Positions 12,666 through 21,005 of a DNA stretch of 64,000 bases are shown here, in pieces. The stretch lies in the NCBI GenBank assembly GCA_046563655.1, contig CM102283.1, positions 1,488,001-1,552,000 of the forward strand. The letters are read 5' to 3'. The translations under genes were made by a program, and so were the position numbers. Source of the stretch: Yuukianura sp. NJ FZ-2021. Taxonomy: Eukaryota. The notes below the pieces were generated by a model. The model saw only the letters and a program-made list of their open reading frames with translations. It was not told where the DNA came from and did not search any database. Position 1 is the stretch's first letter; every line of letters begins with the position of its first letter.

Positions 12666-15600
12666 TTACAGTAACTTCAGCTGTAAATTTGCCTTTTGGA
12701 TGTGTGTAATGATACTCTTGGGAAGAAGGCCAGAGTTGATAAATGTTGATGTTCCAAAGTAAAGTTCAAGTTGAGGTACAAAGGTATTGTACAGCCACAT
12801 AAAATAGTTTTTGTCTTCATTTGCAACAATTCCATCAACGTCCCAATATTTAGGTGGCATTACGGGTGATTGTGGTGAAGGTCGGTCCAAAAGTGTCGTG
12901 TAGCGATCACGCCAATGTGGAAGATTCGTTTCACGTCCAGCAATATATTCTTCCCAGGTCGGTGGTTGCATTGTGACAAACTGAATACCTGTACTTCCAT
13001 ATGATTTTTGCACTTTTTGTACTTGAATTGTGTGGCCTCCGATAGACTGGATTGATTCATCATGATCATCTTTAAAAGATTTGATCAAATCATCCCATTT
13101 CAGTTTGTCCATCAGTGGCATTTTTGTGAACAGATCAGTATCGTTTATCTGTTCATAAGTTCTGCGGAGTGCCAAAACATCAATGAATGGATCTTTTAGG
13201 CCAAGTCCACCCATTTCAAGCGGCCAGTAAATCCATGCGTCGAGTAAATCCGCTTCTTTTAAGGCTGCAAATTTACTTGTCAAAGCTCGTATAGGAGAAG
13301 TTTCCAGTGATCCAAATACTCCAGCATAAATTGAACGAAGTGAAGAAACAATTTGATCCAAATGGGCACGTCCAAAAATAAGAGCAGCTTTACCAAAATT
13401 ACGTACAAAAAATGTCATGTACTTGTTAAATATTTGAATCCATTCGAGCGTACATTCCGCCTTGGCAAGGAGACTTTTCATTTCGGCAAGAAATTTTTCA
13501 GTCGAGTTTTGATCAATTCGAAGCGTTCCTGTTGAATCTAGTACCAAATATCCCCAATGAATATTTCGTTGTGGTAAAGGAGATGGGCCTGGTACACTTG
13601 CATGTTGTTTTGGTTTTTTCGTTTTTTTTCCATGTTTCTTTGGAATTTCTGGAACTTCTGACCAAATTTTGACTGATCCACTTCGTTTCACATTGACCTT
13701 CAGCCCAACCATACTTCCAAATTCATTAAGTGTTTCCCATGTTTTGGTAACATGCGATTCCTCTTTACTCCAAAACCAAAATTCATCTGAAATTCGGTAA
13801 ATTTTCAACCCTTCACACTTTCGATTCACGATGGATTCAAGTACAAATAGCAAAGTTTCTCCAAAAAGTTTTGAAAGCGCGTGTGATGTAGGAACTCCGC
13901 GTAAGACTTCTTGCCCTGTTTCAGAATTTGTAAATTTCAAACTATGATGTAGGAAATTTTTGAAGAAATCAAGCCACTGAGTTGACACACCAAATTTTTC
14001 CATTGCTATAAGAATAGCTTCGTGTGTTAGTGAGTGACCGAATGTTTCCAATTGTGTTTGAACAAGAATCAAAGGTTTTTCTGGATACAATACTTGGTGA
14101 AGTCGAATTTCTGTGCTCAAAACATGCAAAAATGACTGCTTTGGGTCAATGTCTGGTTTTGGGCGAGGTGGAGCAGGTCGATAAGCTTTTGCTTTAAATG
14201 ATTTTGTTCGAAACTGTAAATTTTCTGTTTCATCAAAAGAAGCTGACGCCATCATTTGATAAGTTTGTCCAAAATCGTTAGTTTCTTCAGATTCAATTTG
14301 AACGAATTCGTCTGTTATTGGATTTTCTTGAGATTGCAGAGAATCAGGAAGAGCTGTTAGGAACATACTTCTGTGGTAACGATTTCGTTCGGATTCGATA
14401 GACGATTGGTTGTACGGTACACGAGTCCACATTTTAGAAGAATAAATTCGGAGAAAACGAGATTTAAAAAATGCGGCCCAACTTACTCCGATATACTGCA
14501 GAAAAAGAGCAGATAAGATATCTTCGTTTAAATATGCTCTGTATTCCCCGGCTAGCCCACGCCGCACATCAGCTGGATGAAATGTTGTTGCGTTTGGCCA
14601 ATCCCAACGATCCAAATTTATCATCCGACTTGTCAGAAGTGATGCAACTTCGGTTACCGTTTCATCATTTTGAGATAGTTCCCGAAGTGAAGATTTTTTA
14701 GTCTCAGGAAATAAATCTTCAGATAGTAGGCCTGCGATCAAATCAAGGTTCGTAAAGAAAAAAAAAACTTTTTCTACCTCAGACTGTCCAATAACTGGGG
14801 TTTTTCAGTTTTTTGCCAAAATTTTCAATAATGAAACCGGCTGAACTTCCGTTTCTATCACAATTTTTAACTTTTTTTAAACTTTTTTTTTACTCCTATG
14901 TGATTTGAAGTGTTCAAAGTTTGGGGAAAAAAATTGTTAAAATTTTTTTTGAAGCACGATTTTTGAAAACCCTGAGTTACTGGACAACCCATTGTAGGAA
15001 ATACACTTTGATTGTCAAGGAACCTTGCCTGTGATGCAGAGCTGGACATCATAGCTTGAGATACTATGGGATTCGACCTTTAAAAATTCCGATGATTCTT
15101 TGCGTATAGTTTTAACCAAGTTATCCACGTCAGTACTTTCACCAGCCGCAAAAAATTCTTTATCCAAGAATTTTTTAAATTCCGTAGGATTAAATTCATT
15201 TGAAGTCGGAGCAGTAAAAATAAGCTTTGAAATTTTAGCAATTGCTTCTTTTTTGGCTTTTGTTGTATCTTCCAATTCTGCATTACTGCGATCCAATTCT
15301 TCTTTTTCTTTTCTTCTTTCATCAACTTCAAGCCATTCTCCAATCATCGACGCAAAGTAAAATGAATATTGACATTTGCGTAGAGCGCGTTGAATTTCGA
15401 GTCGTATTTTAGTTATCCAGACAGTGAGAACATCAGATGTGAGAGAAGGATCATCATTTGAAAATTCAAGGACATCTTTTAAATTTTCAATTAAATTGGC
15501 ATCAATCGTTTCCTTGACGGGTGATGTTTTGACCGCATGGTAAAGACTTTCCAAGGTTTCACGCGCATGTTCAGAAGATGTGCCATTTGATTGCTTAAGA

Positions 15601-15709
15601 ACATCCCTGAAGTGAGCTGTCATCAAATCCTTCTGAATCCGAAGTTGCTCAAGCTTCTCCTCAGTAACTTGTTGAAGAATTGTTTTAAACGAAGCGCCAA
15701 TGCCCAGCT
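12666..15709 (-). CDS. rvt: rvt-type cellular reverse transcriptase-like protein with degenerate catalytic motifs; at least 2 exons, start codon unresolved
   Basis: Exon about 15709-15029 encodes the N-terminal coiled coil (ILQQVTEEKLEQLR). Exon 14731-12666 has RRGLAGEYRAYLNEDILSALFLQYIG, FGHSLTH, RGVPTSHALSKLFGETLLF, YRISDEFWFW, WGYLVLD and YWPLEMGGLGLKDPF, matching rvt-family signature blocks as I recall them. No adjacent gag, endonuclease or LTR. Confidence 0.8.
14744..15027. mobile_element. Non-autonomous hAT-like MITE with CAAGGTTC...GAACCTTG termini, occupying the rvt intron
   Basis: 8-bp TIR, inner TGTCCAATAAC/GTTACTGGACA inverted repeat, near-identical 8-bp flanks CCTGCGAT/CCTGTGAT, and a related copy at 48396-48619. 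Confidence 0.65.
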
Positions 15710-15750
15710 CTATAAGGAAAACAAGTTGAGATGAGCCTAAATTTCCTCTG

Positions 15751-15828
15751 TAGTTAGTTACTTGAAGTAACTAACTATGTATGGAAGACAACATGAAGTA
15801 ACTTACTTCATGTTGTCTTCCATACATA
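15751..15828. repeat. Two abutting perfect palindromes (13-bp and 26-bp arms)
   Basis: TAGTTAGTTACTT-g-AAGTAACTAACTA (15751-15777) and TATGTATGGAAGACAACATGAAGTAA-c-TTACTTCATGTTGTCTTCCATACATA (15776-15828). Confidence 0.9.
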
Positions 15829-18560
15829 ACCTTAGCAATGTTTATAACAGTGTACGTGTAGCCCGACGTTTCTGCTACAAAGATATGTGATAGAAAAAAT
15901 GTCTCACCTAGGAGCGACAGGCAGGAAAAATAAGGCAAAAATGACGAAATTTAGTCATTTTTAGAATGCGCGGACTTCCCTTTTAGATTCAGTTGTGTAG
16001 TCGCTGAAGTACACCAGCAACTGACATTAATTTGTAAGAATTTACCAACTTTAATGCGCTAGGCGTATACTTCAAACATTTAATCGATTATTGTTCAAAG
16101 CGGTATGCAAATGTCTTCCTTGCGATTCTACAGTGTCCTATTGTTTGCAGACCTTGATTTAGATGTAAATATTTTACTGTCTAAATCCTTGCCCTTGACG
16201 TGCTTGGTAATTACCACGCCAAAGGTTTCAGAAAACCTTGAATTTAAAAAATTACTTCCACCCTTGCTGGAATTTAAATTTAAAAAACACGCTAGTTGAA
16301 TTATCTTATTTTAAAAAAATTAGTTTAACAAAGTAATTAGTTTAAATATAAAAGAATTAATAAAATGTTCAAAACGTTTTATTGTATTCCAAGTAAAGCG
16401 TTAACACTAACAGCCTGATTCAATACAAACCGAAACGAAATTAATTTTGTTTGTTGCTGGAATACGAAAAATATTCCAACCCGAATAAACGTAAATGTAA
16501 AAATATTTTCACATGTTAAATGTAACTGCACCAATTAAGTGCAGCTACTATTATGAAGGGAATCGCTTACTTACAACTTCGGCCATACATAACCCCCGTC
16601 TGCGATTGGGCGTGGCGTATGATACAGTGCAAGGGACCTAAAAACGTTACGGACGGACGGACGGACAAAGTCGTGTCAATAGTCTTCTTCAGCATGTAGG
16701 AACTCGTAATTTACGAGTCGTAAACTTGCGTTTCCCTAAAGTAAAAGGCTAACGAGGCAATCCGTGGCGCCGCTTAGCGGCGGCGTTCGCACTTACAGTA
16801 TGGCAATGGCAACTCTTGTATCCGATGTACCCACGGAGTGTAACCATTGCTCTCTGTATTTTTCATGTCAACTGATGGTATATTCGTAGTGGGTGGTTAC
16901 AAACACATGATAATGCAGATTTTTTAATTTTGTAACCGTAGGATTGTATTGTAACGATTAAGTGTGGTCATGGAAAGTAGCTGGACTATCGGGTTACAAT
17001 AGATTGACGTTTAGTTCACTCCTTCACTCACGCAGAGTGTAACTGTACAAGTCAGCAAGGTTTTTTTTGTGAATGATGATCATAACAACAAATATTGACT
17101 AAAAAATTGCATCCTGTTTCGTTTTCCTTCATCTGGCGCTTCTACTAGTCAATCGTTCTTGACATTTTGACGTCTAATCGTCGTCCGTCCATCTGAACTA
17201 TCTGTAAGGTAAATACCTGTCTTGAACTGGATTAAAGGCGCCTGACTCGCTGACTCAGAAAGAAGGTGTTCCTCATTCGTCTATGAATCGAATGTGTCTG
17301 GAAGAGATTTTGACTTCCATTTTCCTTTATTTTCAGTTGCATTAGCGGAGGATATTGCATACCTGACGAACCATGAACCCACAACCGGCGAACGTCAAGG
17401 AACTGAAGGTTGGGAGATTCTACAAATGTCAAGTCGGACAAGTAACGAGAGCTGGACAGCTGTTCATGCTTCTACATACTTCGGCAACTGAGGACATTGT
17501 AAGTTTACACCTATGATATGTTTATCCAAGATAAACTTTATAAACGTAATGAACGTGTTCGGGTTATCCCGTGATGATGTTGTAATGAACTTTGCTCATC
17601 GTTTTCAACTCCCTAGGATATGGAAATTCGAACCTGGACTCGCTTCTACTTGAATGAACCGAATATGAGTCGGAAGTTCAACCTTGATTGTTCACTTCGG
17701 CGCATGGTTGTGGTTGTTATTCGAGCTTCCTCAACCGTCTACCGGGGGCTACTGGTTAGCTTAGACATTGAATCACGAAAGGCTGTTCTGGATTGTGTCG
17801 ATTTGGGTGAAATAAGACAAGTTTCAATTGATCACTTGTATGAAGCAACGCCCGAAGTTGTAGCAACCAAGTGGAAGGTAATCTACGTTATTATTTTTAA
17901 GTCTGTCAACTGATGTATAGCTTATTGGATATGTTAAGTCAAACTAGGCTGGCTACCTTAGAAAGATGTAAGATGTAACTAAACCATTTTCTATTTTCAG
18001 ACGGTTCCCTGTGTGCTGGATGGATTGGCAATGTTTTTAGGAACCCACTTCATGGAGAAAGGACTTCAGCACTGCAGCTTTATTCAAACTTCTAAACAAC
18101 TTCGAATGACAGTGAAAGGAAAACTGGACTCTCATTTCGTCATTGTTTTGGAGTGCTTCTCGAATCCAAAGTCAGTTAAGAACGTTAACACTATGATCAA
18201 CGAGTTCCTCCAAGGTCCTCTTTTGGAAGGACTTAAGAACAACGAGGTTAGTTTCCGTAGTCAATTCTCAGTTTTTAGCTGCTACTCATAGTACTAACTT
18301 AAGCTTCATAACTATTTAGTTGCCATCGTAAAGTGAACTTACTTGTGTGTTTGAATTTAGAACTCCAGCGTCATGGTTTCTGAAGTTCGCGGAGATGGAA
18401 TGATATATTACTCTCAAGTTGCTGGCGTTCAAGATGACACGGCCATTACACTTATGGAGTCGTTTCTCAGTCGAGTCAGTTATCGCGTAATGCGACGTCA
18501 ACTGCCAGCAGTAACCCCTGCAACAGTGGACCTAAATGAAGTGTACTTGGCTCCATATGA

Positions 18561-18809
18561 TGCGGCAGACCGGGGATTCCGCTGTTGCTGAACTGACCTC
18601 TGACCTCGTTGGAGTGATGCACTACTCAATAAATTGACCTCAACTACTTGCTGGACTTGGTGTCCAGTGGTAATCTGCTTAGGAGATGTTCTTTATTTAA
18701 CATCCAGAGAAAGACTGACAAGCATCTACCTAATCTACCTTACGTTAGATTGTGTGTTACACCTGTTGTCCAGTGGGGGTGGGTGTGGGTGGTGTACCGT
18801 CCCGCTACA
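18561..18809 (-). repeat. 3' LTR
   Basis: Identical by inspection to 27526-27774; TG...CA termini; AATAAA on the element strand. Confidence 0.97.
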
Positions 18810-20900
18810 CATTCCACCCGCAAGAAGGGGCCTCCCGGGGGGTGGGGTGGGGGTCTTCTCCTGGAGTGGGGGGAGGGGTCCTTGGATTGGTCCTCGGTCA
18901 TCCTTCCGCTGCCTGGGAGTGGTGACGTGTCTGCACTGCTGGCGCTTGTATGGATGATGATGTGGTGCTTGAGTGGTATTGTGGTGCTTGTTATCTGGTT
19001 TTTCTTTGTCGTTTTTGTGACGTTTTTGCCGATACTCTTTGACTTTGTTGGCAATCTTTTGTTTTTTCCAATTGATGAAGTATGGATCGGTCGCCATAAT
19101 TTTGATTTTTCTTTCTTCGCATTCTTTGCGAAATTGAGTGTCCTTTCTGTCGTGAAATGGACAATTTGACTTTTGGTGACCTTTCAACCAACATCCGAAG
19201 CAAACGTTGGTTGGTTGATTTGGGTTTTGAACGATTTCTTGTAAATCGTTTTGGATGGTGACGAGAATATTTTCTCGCTGAACCGGAATTTCTGGGATTT
19301 TTGTCGGAACTGTAATTTCTACAGTTCTTTCTGAATTTGATGTGATCTCTGGAACTGGTTCTGGACCGGTTGAAGTTTCAGCATCAATTTGAATGTTGTT
19401 TGTAGAATTTGGAGTAATTGAAATTGGTTCATCAACTTCCATTGGTTGAATTTGTTGAGTCAAATTTGTTTCTGTGGTGGATGGAGCATTTTGTTGAAGT
19501 AAATCATTCGAAAATGATTCGATGTCTCCGTCCGCTGTGATTTCAATTTCTGGATTTTCTGGACGCGTAGTTATTGTCACGTTTCCGTTGCAGAATTCAA
19601 CGAGTGAATCAGTTGATTCTTCCGAGGAATGTCTCGTTCGATTCGATTGGCGGTTAGGAACGACGACTACAACGGATTTGATTTTTGGTGACGGAGGTTC
19701 TGGTATTTCCCATGGATTTGAATTTGCGTCATTTTGTCTTTTTTGTTGTTCTGTGAAGATTTGTAGGGTCTTCTGTGACATCCGCCTGGCAAATACACTA
19801 CCATCCAAGGATTTTGGTGGTAATTCAATTAGATCTTCTTTGGTTTTGTAATTGTTTGGAGCTTCGACCATCGCTATGAGTTTCTCTTTTGGACAGACAC
19901 ACTGTCCAGGAAGATCATGAAATCTTGCGATGTCTTCTCTCAGTATGAAAATTTCTTTGAGGATGTGATTTTGAATTCCATCCAAGTTGGCGGTTTTTGC
20001 GATGTCATCGAGTTTTTGAAATTTTGGTTGACCAATATTTGGAGTATGTTTTGGGTAACGAAAAGTGACTGATGTCCATTCATTTTCATATAACTTGAAA
20101 CATTTTCCTCCATGATCCATCTTGATTTTGTTCCATGCTCGGATGAGCAAATGGGAGTCAGATCTTGCGTATTGGATCAAATCTGCATGGAGTGGTCTGT
20201 TTCGAAAGTCAGCGGCTCTTAGATCTTTGTTGGTTGGTTCAACATTTGGAATGAGAGTGGAAATTACTTTCCAGTAATTTTCTTGTCGTTGACGTTCTGG
20301 TTCGTCTGGAGGTTGTGGGAACTTGTAATAGGCTCGCTGTAGGTCAATGATTCCGACGGGGAATATTTTGTAAAACAAGTTCAGTTTTTTGACATCTTCT
20401 TTAGGGTCGAATCCGATTTTGATAATGTTAGGATTTTCAAAGATTGTTTTCAGTTCTTGTATTTTTTCGGAAAATTGAAAAGGGCAGATCACGTAATCTT
20501 TTTCTTGTGTGGAGATTTGAATAAGTGTCGGGTAAGTATGACCAAAGTAAGCTCGATCTGTTCCGTCAGAAAATTCAATGTCGAATCCAATTTCTTCTTG
20601 AATTTTGAGGTCATCCAGCATCTTTTTGAATTCGGAATATTTTCCAGGGATGATAACTGGAGTCGTAGCTCTGTCATCCTTGATGCTTTGACCAGTTTTG
20701 TATGTGGACATTGATTCTGTTATGTGAAATTTGGTCATTTCGGCAAGTTTCGGATTTTGCTGTATGTCGTAGCCGTCCTTGTTTCTTTGGATACAGTAAT
20801 TTCGGAATCCTTGGAATTTCGGATTGTAGAATGGTCTGGTTTTGGCTTTTCCATATTTCTTTTCCATTTCCGCTTTCAGTTTTAGCCATGGAGTTGCCAT
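18735..20900 (-). CDS. Retrotransposon ORF3: Rrp6/EXOSC10/RNase D-like DEDDy 3'-5' exonuclease + HRDC + disordered linker + CCHC zinc knuckle (721 aa)
   Basis: ExoI IGFDIEF, LIQISTQEKDY, IFENPNIIKI, ExoII FDPKEDV, DFRNRPL, ExoIII YARSDSHLL. HRDC-like ILREDIARFHDLPGQCVCP. Knuckle CFGCWLKGHQKSNC. The stop lies inside the 3' LTR. Confidence 0.88.
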   Translation of the reverse strand: MATPWLKLKAEMEKKYGKAKTRPFYNPKFQGFRNYCIQRNKDGYDIQQNPKLAEMTKFHITESMSTYKTGQSIKDDRATTPVIIPGKYSEFKKMLDDLKIQEEIGFDIEFSDGTDRAYFGHTYPTLIQISTQEKDYVICPFQFSEKIQELKTIFENPNIIKIGFDPKEDVKKLNLFYKIFPVGIIDLQRAYYKFPQPPDEPERQRQENYWKVISTLIPNVEPTNKDLRAADFRNRPLHADLIQYARSDSHLLIRAWNKIKMDHGGKCFKLYENEWTSVTFRYPKHTPNIGQPKFQKLDDIAKTANLDGIQNHILKEIFILREDIARFHDLPGQCVCPKEKLIAMVEAPNNYKTKEDLIELPPKSLDGSVFARRMSQKTLQIFTEQQKRQNDANSNPWEIPEPPSPKIKSVVVVVPNRQSNRTRHSSEESTDSLVEFCNGNVTITTRPENPEIEITADGDIESFSNDLLQQNAPSTTETNLTQQIQPMEVDEPISITPNSTNNIQIDAETSTGPEPVPEITSNSERTVEITVPTKIPEIPVQRENILVTIQNDLQEIVQNPNQPTNVCFGCWLKGHQKSNCPFHDRKDTQFRKECEERKIKIMATDPYFINWKKQKIANKVKEYRQKRHKNDKEKPDNKHHNTTQAPHHHPYKRQQCRHVTTPRQRKDDRGPIQGPLPPLQEKTPTPPPGRPLLAGGMCSGTVHHPHPPPLDNRCNTQSNVR

Positions 20901-21005
20901 CTGAAATTGAGGAATTTAAAATTAATTAATCCTGGATTGTGATTTCTCACATTGATATGGTATTTGGAATTTAGAAATTTTGTGTTTTTGTTTCCGGCTT
21001 CGCGC

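Noticed and set aside
12666-14741. LINE, Penelope or group II intron RT
   Set aside because: No endonuclease, gag, poly(A) tail or TSD; the motif blocks and N-terminal coiled coil fit the rvt family.
15023-15024. GT donor (AAG|GTTCC) for the rvt intron
   Set aside because: It gives the wrong phase with the 14732 acceptor; only the GC donor at 15028 keeps the frame.
18634-19169. Plus-strand hydrophobic ORFs starting in the LTR (also 27613-27837)
   Set aside because: Non-ATG starts; antisense shadows of ORF3/LTR with no recognisable domain.
18735-20900. env gene, or a host Rrp6 gene
   Set aside because: No signal peptide, furin site or TM helix. It is intronless, lies inside the LTRs and lacks the Rrp6 PMC2NT-type N-terminus.
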